64,000 bases of DNA from Hydrolagus colliei (lineage: Eukaryota): contig CM068750.1 in NCBI GenBank assembly GCA_035084275.1, forward strand, positions 9,858,001-9,922,000, written 5' to 3'. How positions within the stretch are numbered: the stretch's first letter is position 1; each line of letters begins with the position of its first letter. A program made the position numbers and the translations under genes. The notes under the pieces are model-generated. The model had not been told where the DNA came from, made no database searches, and saw only the letters and a program-made list of their open reading frames with translations. Below, one piece after another: positions 38,791 to 48,975 of this stretch.

Positions 38791-39315
38791 TAGAATCATA
38801 GAATTTTACGGCACAAAAGGAGGCCATTCGGCCCATCTAGTCTGTGCTGGCTCTTTGAAAAGAGCGATTCAATCCCACTGCCCTGCCCGCTCCCCATAGC
38901 CTAATAGACCCGTTCTCCCTAAATAAAGATCTAATTCCCTTTTAAAAGTTGTTATCGAATCAGCCTCCACCACCTTTTCAGGCAATGCATTCCAGATTCG
39001 AACAACTCGCTGAGTGAAAAAATTTCTCCTCAGCTCCCCTCTACTGCGCCTTGAAACTATTTTAAATCTGTGACCACGAGTCACAGATTCACCCACGAGT
39101 GGAAATAGTTTTTCTCTATTTGCCCTGTCGAAACCCCTCATGATCTTACAGACCTCTATTAGGTCTCCCCTCAATCTTCTCTGCTCCAGAGAGAATAACC
39201 CTAGCCTATCTAGCCTCTCCTCATAGCTGAAGTCCCTCAATCCTGGCACCATCCTAGTAAATCTTCGTTGTACCCTTTCCAATGCCTTCACATCCTTTCT
39301 GTAGTGTGGTGACAA
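38791..39315 (-). mobile_element. 5'-truncated CR1 LINE (ORF2 C-terminus plus 3'UTR), relatively young
   Basis: Uninterrupted 148-aa ORF (SPHYRKDVKALERVQRRFTRMVPGL...RRLRGDLIEV...NFFTQRVVRIWNALP) typical of the CR1 ORF2 end. The tail ends in attctatgattcta. Confidence 0.95.
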
Positions 39316-39343
39316 TAACTCCCATTTCTATGGGAGTTATTGT

Positions 39344-39727
39344 GCCTGTCTTGTCTCTCTCCATCTCCACGCATACATCTGTTCCTGCCTGACTGCTTCT
39401 CTGTATGTGTCTCTATTTATGTACTTCTATGTCTCTATTCCTCTGTGGGTCTCTGTCCTATCTCTCTGTTCCCCAGTGTGTGTGTGTGTGTCTATCTCTA
39501 TGTTCCCGTGTGTGTGTGTGTCTCTCTCTCTCTCTCTCTGTACCTGTATGTATGTATGTGTCTCTCTCCGTGTCTGGTCTTTCTGTGTTGTATCTCTCTC
39601 TGTGTCTGTGTGTGTGTCTCTCTCTCTCTTGCTGCGTGTGTCTCTCTGTGTGTATGTCTCTTTCTGTCTGTGTCTCTTGTGTACATCTGTTTCTCCCTGT
39701 CTGTCTGTGTGTCTCTCTCTCTCTCTC
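39344..39727. repeat. Compound (CT)n/(GT)n microsatellite-like low-complexity tract at the start of intron 1
   Basis: Alternating tgtg and tctc runs are directly visible. They produce the spurious S/L/C/V-rich ORFs. Confidence 0.95.
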
Positions 39728-39747
39728 AGTGCCGGGCTCCCTCTTAC

Positions 39748-39848
39748 CTGGGGAACTTCTCCATGAGCAGTCTCATGCAGTGTCTGGTGGGCCTCAGCCT
39801 CTCCAGGTACTTGGCAATGTCACTGTACTGGGCTCTGCTCAGGATCAT
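39748..39848 (-). CDS. CDIN1: CDIN1/C15orf41 coding exon 1 (101 bp): MILSRAQYSDIAKYLERLRPTRHCMRLLMEKFP(S)
   Basis: ATG at 39848 and donor AG|GTAAGA at 39747. The peptide matches the recalled human N-terminus [34 protein letters not shown]. It lies in the most GC/CpG-rich island of the window. Confidence 0.95.
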
Positions 39849-40140
39849 GACGCCGGGCGCTGCATAGGCCGCGGTCACAGCCAGAGAGAGAGAGAGAGAG
39901 AGAGAGAGCGGGGGGAGGGGGAGCTGGGCCTGACCGGGAGGGGCGGGCGGGAGGGAGGGGGGAGCGTGGGTGTTGGGCCTGACCGGGAGGCCGGTGGGGA
40001 GGGAGGGAGGGAGGGGAGCTGAGCCTGACCGGGGGCTGAGCCTCAGGCTGACCCGGGGCTGACGCCGCCGGAGCACAGACAAGAGGATTGGGGGGGTGAG
40101 GGCGGGGAGAGACTCAGCCAACCATCGAGCAGCCACTGAC
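39849..40140 (-). promoter_or_regulatory. GC/CpG-rich promoter and 5'UTR of CDIN1, with a (TC)n tract and GC boxes
   Basis: Sharp rise in GC and CpG directly upstream of the ATG, GGGCGG motifs, and (GA)n on + at about 39882-39908. The TSS cannot be determined from sequence. Confidence 0.7.
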
Positions 40141-40194
40141 TTGAGTGTGTAACACACACTGTACCATCGAGCAGCCACTGAGTGACTGAGACAC

Positions 40195-40510
40195 AGCGAG
40201 ATAGTGGACACATACTGTACACAGAGAGAGATAGTGGACCCATACTGTACACAGGGATAGTGGACACATACTGTACCATACATAGAATTCACACAGTATA
40301 CACATTCTGTATAGAGAGAGTGAGCAGAGTGTATAATGTAGAGAGGACAGAATATACAAAAAATGTATGCAGAGTAGAGAGCATAAACTTGAGTTTCCAG
40401 GGAGTTTACACAGAGTATAGAATGCATATAAAGAGTTTTTTTTTTTAAAGTATATGAAGAGTGTTATACAGTGTACACAGAGAGTCATAATGTGTATACA
40501 AATTGTACAG
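40195..40510 (-). repeat. Minisatellite of the same family as 25591-25931, just upstream of the CDIN1 promoter
   Basis: gagatagtggacacatactgtacacaga units are the reverse complement of the 25.6-kb unit. They decay rightwards. Confidence 0.85.
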
Positions 40511-40669
40511 AGAGTAATACAATATATACATTTTCATTTTATAAATAAAATGTGTGCCAGATTTAAAAAAAAGTTCAGATGTTTTCTCTTGCCATCCCCT
40601 CTTATTTAAGTTTATGCTTGACTGGAAAAAAACCCCTACAGAGAGTAACTAACCACTAGAATACGTTGT

Positions 40670-40825
40670 CAAGGAAGGTGGTTAATGGCCAGGATACTGG
40701 ACTCATCTATAAAACACCTTTTTTTCTGTGATGGGAAGATGGTAGGGTGGCTTACTCTGGAAGGATGAGACTAGATGGGCTAAACAGCCTACTTTATTCA
40801 AATCAATCCTATGATCTTATGATGT
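40670..40825 (+). mobile_element. Degenerate CR1 3' end
   Basis: gactagatgggctaaacagcct...cctatgatcttatgat is a typical CR1 3'UTR with terminal repeat. Confidence 0.6.
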
Positions 40826-43800
40826 AGTAGGTAATCTGTGTCTAATGCTGTTCTACACCCAAATGCACAGCAGCTCTCCTAACATTCTCCTTCCCTTTCT
40901 ATGACTTCTCCAGACTGGTAACCTGTGCGGGGGAATGTGGGAACAAGTCAGAGACCTGCTATTCTGCTGGGCGACATGTGGGAGTTCTATTGGCTGAACC
41001 ATTATGCTTTCCTTGAAATACCATCAATTTTCAGGAAACCTGATGCTTCTCACCCATTTTGTCCTCAAAGCAATGTTAGCTTCTGTTGTTGTACAGTGCC
41101 CTGTAGCATTAATAGCTCCTATACTTTGAAAGCCTCACCTTGAATTCCTCGCACCTGAATCATTTATTGGATGATACACTGTGGACAGATGGAACTTATT
41201 TGAAATACTTCTTACATACATGTGGCATGCTTTTGTCTCGTGAATTGAACCCATTTAGAACCTTTGCTAATTCTAATACTCCTCAAGCTGATATTTTTTT
41301 AATGGTGTATCAGGTTGATCAGGTTTAATTCAGAAAGACAATTTCATACGAATCTGGAACTGGATCTTGTAATTTTCCTGCAGTCCTACAAATTATTTAT
41401 TTTCAGTTTTCTTGCCATCCGCCTCAGGCAAGACATGATGAGCACAAGCTGAGAAGAGTGCCATTTTCCCACAACACAGCATCTTGTTTGGTCTGAGCGG
41501 CTTAGTCGTGCGCTTTTAGCCAAACTCGATGGAAATAAAAAATACACAGGCTAGCCCAGAAAAGGCTTCAAAAACAAGTAGAACTGAAAAATCAGAAATG
41601 AGCCCACTCATTAGTCGATCCTATTCTCATTGTCGTATCAACTCCAAACTTAAGCAGTCAGCAGTACAAACAGTCAGCAAAAAAGGGCCCAATTCCGGAT
41701 GAGAATTCTGTCCTGCATTTTCCAGTCAACACGATGAAGTAGATATGAGGCAACATTTTTTTTTATGTGAAGCACTCGATGTACGAAATCCAAACTTAGG
41801 GGAAAACTGAGTCATTCATAAACACTTGCACAACTTTCTCAAACATCGTGTAATCAGTATACACATCTAAGTGGGCAATCCTGCTGAGACTTTTGATTTT
41901 GTGAATTAAGTTGAATGGATACTATCAGAAGATAAGAGTGATTTGAGTACTTTGCAGTGTAGTTTTACAATACAATTGTATCATTTTCTGTGTTGTATTT
42001 GGATTATACAGTGTAAGTTTACATGAGGCAAGCTTATATTTATATTCTAACATTTAACAAATACAGTACTACTGACTGAAACAAAAAGGAATTGGGTACA
42101 GAATATCTAAACAGATTAACTACTCAAACTGTATTTCAACAAAATTGACCAGAATAAGGTTGCATTTCAATGTTTTAATCACTCCAGGTTACAAGCATGA
42201 TTTCCTAAATCTAACATGGGAACAACTTTAAGAATAATTTAGTAAATTATAAACATGCTACTAATTTACCGTTTCATGATTCATTTGAATCACGTTTGTT
42301 TTTCTTGTATAACTCAAAACAATTTTGAAGTCTATAGAATTCAGTAATTAGCTGACAAATTAATTTTAGAATTGCAAGGTGATTTCACCAATGGAAGAAG
42401 TCCATGTAAATGAATTTTGAATATGATTCATTAATTTATTCTTGAAAGTGTGGGACAGACAGCAGGTATGTTTACTCGCCTTTCAGTTGTTCCTCCCATT
42501 TTAATATGGGTTATTTATTTTCTGAATCTGAAATATTCTGAGGATTATTAATCTGCAGAAACACAGTTTGTCTAGGTTCATAATATTCTAGGGATGGGTT
42601 TTCAAACATAATCTTGTTATATTTTTATTGTGATGCAGAAACACTATTTGTTGTTGTGCCCAATATTTTAAGGCAATCTGCAGTTCAACAGACAGTATTT
42701 GTTATGGCAATCAAGTTCTAATAGTCACAATTCTCAAACATTTACTAAATATACACAACACAAAGATAGATTTCCGTGCCATACAAATCCGATTTAAATA
42801 TTAAAACTTTTGCTCTAATGGGTATTATGAGTTGTTGAATTTAAATATGCAGAAAGCAATTGATATATTGTGACATTTTAGCTTTTTAACACTTTCTGCA
42901 AAATAAATATATTACAATCTTTATAGTCAATTGATTAACAATTGTTAATTTGTGTTTTTCAGACAGCTGTATTTTATGTTACAGATCTTGGAGGTCATAT
43001 TCAATCCAAATATACTGCAATAATTATTAATACCTCATTGGTATTTATCTGAAAGCTCTAACATTCATTTGTTAGAGAGGACAAGTATATAGTATTGAAA
43101 TGCTGTACTTCCATCAATATAATGTCAATATCGTCCTTTTTTTTCTTGGTGCTATGTGTATTATACTGGCAGATGGTAACTAGGAGTAGCTCTAGTTTGT
43201 AAAACTCTATGCATAAATAAACCAAAATAATTAACAGGTAACTAGTCAAATCTGCCTAACCAATACAGATAAGACTGCCAACTCATTACACAAATTGATC
43301 TGTTGATTTGTGTTTCAGTTTGACTTTTGTTTTATTTTTGCTGTTGTCAATGACAATTATCTGAATGGTTACTAAATATTATGCAACCTTTCATTACTCT
43401 TGATGCAAAATACAATGTAACTTTAAGAGTAGAAAAAAGCACCATAAGTAAAAACTTGCCATTTACTTGTAAATCACTAGCTATTGGCTGTGCTGCGTAG
43501 TTTAGATATATCTTAAAACATTGATGAAAACAGGATTTCATCAGTGCAATAAAAATATAAATTAAAATTTTCAAATATATATATTCTCAGTGGGGTTCCC
43601 ATGATTTGCTTGATGGTCAATATCATTCAAGTTATTCTCCTAATATATCCTTAGCCACACAATTGTAGAATTGCATTAATCCTCCCATTTATCAGTCAAT
43701 ATAATTTTTTTTCAGGTATAAGTGGTTTGATGCTGTTGTCTATTCCGGTTGATTTATCACAATAACTGTGATTTTTATTATTATCACTTGGGGGGAACAG

Positions 43801-44369
43801 GTTATCATGATTATCATGGGTCTGACATATCACTATATATCAGTGCATTGTAATATAAGAAAACAGTACGCCAGAACATTTTCTATGGTTGGGTACATTT
43901 CTCTATCCATACTTTATAATATTAAGCCTTGGATGTTCAGAAATCATATCTTTCAACTGCCCACCTACTTTCTGTCACATAGTATTTTAAAAGCTGGTAA
44001 AGACATTCAGTATGTAGAGGGTTATTATGTTGTGAATTGTCAGGATAAAGATTGAATAAATAATGTAAAAGTAGGGATAAATTTTACGACAGTACTTAAG
44101 TATTTTAAGTGGAGAATTTTATATCCCTGATTTACTGTAAGCATCCTATGAGAAGATGCAAGGAAGCATTTCCCAGACAATATTCCCAAATATGGCCTGT
44201 ATTTTTTTTGCCTATAGTAATTTTGTTTTCTTAGCCAAAATAATAAAAGACTTATCTAGAAATCTAATACACTCAATATCATGAATAACATAGCTGGGAG
44301 TACAATATGTGAAATAAAGTGGGGTTTCAGTTAATGCCACAAATTGCAAGAGTGAAACTCATGTTAGCT

Positions 44370-44772
44370 TAGTTCATTTGATGGAAATCTCACCTCTGAG
44401 TCAGAAGGTTGTGGGGTTGAGGCCCACGTTGGGACTTTGAACTCATAGTCTAGGACGGCTGACGCTCCAATACAGAACTTGAGTACTGAGATGTTTGTAT
44501 GAGATGTTAAACCAAAGTGCCATCTGCCTATTCAGGTGGATGTTGAAGATGCCATGATTGAAAAAGAGGAAGTTTCCCTTTGTATGCTGGCCAAAGAACC
44601 CTAAAACAAAATTAGTTACTCTCTTCGTGGATGTTTGTGGGACATTTTGCAAATTGGCTGCCGTATTCCCATACAAAATGCACACAATCTTCCAAAAGAA
44701 TCCTGTGAACTACTTTGAGATACTCTCCGCCATAAAAGGTTGTTATATCAAATGTCAGGATTATTATCATTC
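44370..44772 (+). mobile_element. SacSINE1-like DeuSINE
   Basis: ctcacctctgagtcagaaggttgtggg...gagatgttaaacc...tcaggtggatgt...tgtttgtgggac...caaattggctgccg plus tail; collinear with the recalled consensus. Confidence 0.8.
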
Positions 44773-45231
44773 TAAATAGCTTCTAAATATTAGTTAAATC
44801 CCAAGCGTGTGTTACAATTTTGATGAGACTCTTTATCATTATTACTTACTGTATGAATCAAAAACGTTTAGCAATTTACTAACTGCTTTGATTTTTCTTT
44901 AAAAATTCTACTACATTAAGTTTTCTTCGGAACAGGTTGTTTTGCAGGCAGCCATATTGTAAAAGGAACAGCCTTTGTTCTATAAAACAACAGCTTGTTT
45001 GCAGTCAGTGGTGATTTGTTTTATATCATGTGAGGAAAGCAGAACTTCTATACAAGTTGCAAAACCATGTAAAGGGTTAAAGTGTCTTATGGTAGGAGGT
45101 GAGGATTTCCTCCAGAAATAATTTGTTCTATTTTACATTGATTTAATACTGTGTATTTTTCAAAGTTATACTTGTATTATCTTCCTCCTAGTTTCAGCAG
45201 AGTAATGCTTTCCAATTATAATTATAATAAC

Positions 45232-45722
45232 TGTCATAATCCTTGCACTTGGCGCCATTCACACCAGGAGGATATCTAAAACCACCTCTCAGGATATACT
45301 GCAAAGTGTAGTAACTGTGTATTTGTTGGCAAACACATCAGTTCAATTACGCACCAAAATGTTGTACATCCAGCCAGCAACCGCAACAACAAAATTACAT
45401 TTGTATGGCGCCTTTCACGTCAGGAGGACGTCTCAAGGCGCTGGACAGTTACTGCTTCAGACCCGAGCTGAGGATGGGGGATGTGGGGGTGGGAAGCAAT
45501 GGACTGACTTTATTTGAGGGATTGATTTTGGTCAATCCCTCAAATAATTGGTGAGGACACTGGGAAAAACTTTCCTTCTCTTTTCAAATAGTGCCTTCAG
45601 TGCATTGCATTCACCCATAAATTTTACAGTAACACCACTTTACAGTATATCTCGTCTGGGCTTTCAGACGTCTTAATACCATAATAAGAGGCAATATCAA
45701 ATGTAACGATAATTATTATTGT
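45232..45722. mobile_element. Cluster of SINE/L2 tail fragments in both orientations
   Basis: Minus tail at about 45232-45368, second minus tail at about 45385-45450, minus Deu-SINE piece at about 45550-45596, plus tail at about 45630-45722. Confidence 0.75.
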
Positions 45723-47894
45723 TTTCTCATCTCCTGCACATTAACATATGAGTGCAAAAGATGCGAAACTGCCATTTAGCATATCAAGACGGTGGCCAAA
45801 CTAAACTTACCTAATTGTGGACTGCAGACACCCACTTAATCTCCATGGGGTATAACATAGACTCCCTGATCTACAGTCAATCAAGAAAATAGTCCAGAAT
45901 ATTCATCTATCCTCACATCTGCACTATTCAAACCTGGCCTCTTTTTCCACAGACATTTTCCCCCTCCCCCCGCCTTCACCCAGGACCCAGCAGCACATAA
46001 ATCATTGTGTTCGTGGAGTATTTTTTCATCTCAGTGTGCACCTATTCCTATATTTTGACCCTAATGTATTCTGTAATATATTTTCTACAATTCCAGTTTG
46101 CTCTGAACGGTGACTGAAGGATTTTTTTTTACACAGGGTAATTTCATGTACAGAAGAAAAGATTGTACAAAAACGAACTTTACGCTCTATCTGATCCCTG
46201 TAAATTCTTGGGATTTAGTATATTCTTTTCTGGTACTGTACAATTAATAGCAAGCGTTGTACTGCAATATGTACTGCTCGCCTGGTGTTTTATTTCAGAT
46301 ACACCATGTAAATCTTTCTTCACTTATGTTAAAAAAGGTAGTAGCGCACAAGAACATACATGTTTATTTAAGACCGTTTTTCCTTCTCCTCCAGTTTTTG
46401 TATTGTTACAAAAATATATATGTATATTTTCCATTTTATAATACAGGCAGGATTAAATTACTAACATGTTTCAGCCAGAAGAATATTTTGAAGCAGTAGC
46501 CATTTCAAATCCATCACAGGCATCACTATTCCCCATGCCAGATAAGGCATATGCATTGTAGAAGCTTTTTTAAGAGCTACTTGTCCCATTTATTTTATTA
46601 GTCTTTGGTGAATGTAATTAGAATCAAAGTAATTAAATGCAATTGTGCTCAGTATGTTACTGTTGTAAATTGCCCTAAACAATGTGTGTTGCATGTTGTG
46701 AACACAATTCTGGAATTAATAGACGATAGATAATGTTTTAGGATTGTATTTCACACTAAACAGCCAAACAGAGAAACAGATGCTTGTGCAATGTCATTAA
46801 TCTTAGTCATCTGAAAGCACAAGTGTAATTTGCATGACTCAGGTTATGGCACATGCTGTATTTAGGAGGAGAGCTAGATCATTGTCTCGCTTTCTAGCTT
46901 TAAAAATAATGTCAATCAAGACAGACCCTGTAAAGCTCAGGGGGACAGAGGAGTAAAGTGTATGAAATCGGGTGCCCTTGTTAAAGCAAACAGAAAATCG
47001 GTGCGTGATTTAGGAAAATCTTTCAACATCACGGTCTTATTTATTCAATGAAGTTCAGTCGTCAGATATCATTGTCTTAGCTTTTTTTTGGAACAATTAA
47101 AAAGCACGGCTCGAATTTCCCTCCCATATATTTAATATGCACCTCATTTATCTAGCTCCCTTGTGAAAATGTACTTTTTAATAAAAAAAATGAAGAGGAG
47201 GAGGAGGGAATAACTCACATTTCCTATTGAAATATTCACAGTATTTGCATGTATTATGGCAGCCTTTGCTTAGCATGAACAACTTTCTGTTTGTCTTTGC
47301 ACATTTAAAGCAAGTCCATCTACATGGTCTGTGGCATTATGTTACAGAATATGACATGACCTTCAGGATTCAAGATTAACTTATTCGCTTGTCCAGCAGC
47401 TGGAAAGTAAGAATTGAATTCCCTATCATCGCCATCATACACAATGAGGTGATGCGGGAGCTCTCACTATTTGTGAAGCAAATTACTAATTGGATTTCAA
47501 AGGCATCCTAAGCCGTTCAGAATCATAAGATCAGCCTCAATATGTTCATAAATAAGACACAATGCATATGCTGTGCAATGAATATAAAAATTCTAAAACT
47601 GCATTTTTAATAAGTGTAGATTTATTGAATCATGAATTTCACTGATTGCCTTTGCCTCCAAAACACACCACATTCGGTGTTTGGTATCAATTTCTAATAT
47701 CCTGGAGGCATGGTGCTCATTATCAAATTGTGTTTGAATCTTGTGTTTCGTGATGATTAACTGAGGTCACCTAACTCTAACCTGGTTTGTTTAAAATCTA
47801 ATTGCCATGTTTGCAGTTGTTAGAAGGAACAACTCCTTTTACTCAAAAAGGTTGATGAGTAGCAGAATGGGTTAGAAGACTGCAATCTCACCTC

Positions 47895-48199
47895 AGGAAC
47901 ATAGGAACAGGGGTAGATCCATTCAGCCCTCGAGCCTGTTCCACTCTTCCGTTAAGTCATGGCTGATTTGTACCTCAGCTCCATTTAGCCGCCTTTTCTC
48001 CACATCGCTTGATACCTTTACCTAGGAAATATATATCAAACTCAGTCTTGAAAATTTCAATTGACTGAGCATCCACAGCTTTTTGGGAGAGAGAATTCCA
48101 GATTCCCACAAACCTTTGTATGAAAATAAATTCTTCCTGGTTTCACTCCTAACTGGCCAAGCTCTTATTTTAAGATTATGCCCCTTCATTCTGGGTTCT
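47895..48199 (-). mobile_element. CR1 LINE 3' fragment (second subfamily)
   Basis: ggaacataggaacaggggtagatccattcagccctcgagcctgttcc...agagaattccagattc...ttcttcctg...ttttaagattatgcccc is a CR1 ORF2 end plus 3'UTR in antisense. Confidence 0.85.
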
Positions 48200-48464
48200 C
48201 TGTATCTTTAAAGAGAAAGAAGTCTCTTATTTCTGATAGCTATCAATGCATGTAATGGGTTTGAACAGTGTCACCAAGTTACCGATGGATATGCATAAAT
48301 TGTACAAAGCGAACGCTGAAATATGAACAGTTTCCGCTGGTTTCATTAATTCTGGCTCAGGATGCAGGATCTGCTGCAGTAGAATTTGGGAATGGAAAAG
48401 AGTTGCAGCAAGACGTGCTTGTGAGTTTGGGAGATCAGTAGATTTTCAGGATAAGGTGGGACAA

Positions 48465-48975
48465 CATAAAAGCATAAGACAGCATGGAATGAGAAAGGCC
48501 ATTTAGTTCATCAAGCCCATTCCTTCCACACACAATGTGCAATCTGTCCGGTAGACAGATTGTACATTGCTTGTGGAAAGGAGCAGGCTTGTTTTTACGG
48601 ATGACAACACTTGAACAACCCCGTTTCTTCACACTGCTTGATTGTAACTGGTGAAGCAGTTATTTATCCCTGTAACCTAAATCCTGTTTCCAAACAGATA
48701 ATTATTCAGCCCCCTTTGTTAAAATGTAATTTAAACAAATTAAAAGCACATTAATTACTTTTCATGGAAGCCAGCCCCACAAAATCCACAACTCCAGAAA
48801 GGATGGTTTACCCTCAAAACCTGTAGTCTGACATGAGGTTCACTCCCTCTGTACAGCACTTCAGATTTCTTGATCTTCACTCACGGTTCAGGTTAAATAG
48901 TCTGCTCTCATCTACCTTATCTGTGCCTCATAGCATTTAAAAGACCTGGATCATCTCACATTTCTAATTTATTCA
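48465..48975 (-). mobile_element. Old degenerate CR1 3' region
   Basis: cataagacagcatggaatgagaaaggccatttagttcatcaagcccattcc at the left; catctaccttatctgtgcctcatagcatttaaaagacctggatcat at the right. Confidence 0.5.

Noticed and set aside
38869-39315. Domesticated or active reverse transcriptase gene
   Set aside because: Only the ORF2 C-terminal part is present, without the RT catalytic core or a true ATG start. It is a standard 5'-truncated CR1 copy.
39340-40022. Long + strand ORFs (175, 205 and 119 aa)
   Set aside because: They are translations of CT/GT/GA microsatellites and the antisense of exon 1.
39744-40427. 227-aa ORF read as an N-terminally extended CDIN1
   Set aside because: The upstream part is translated minisatellite, GC repeats and (TC)n. 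Homology starts at MILSRAQY (39848), and the ORF simply runs past the donor into a stop.
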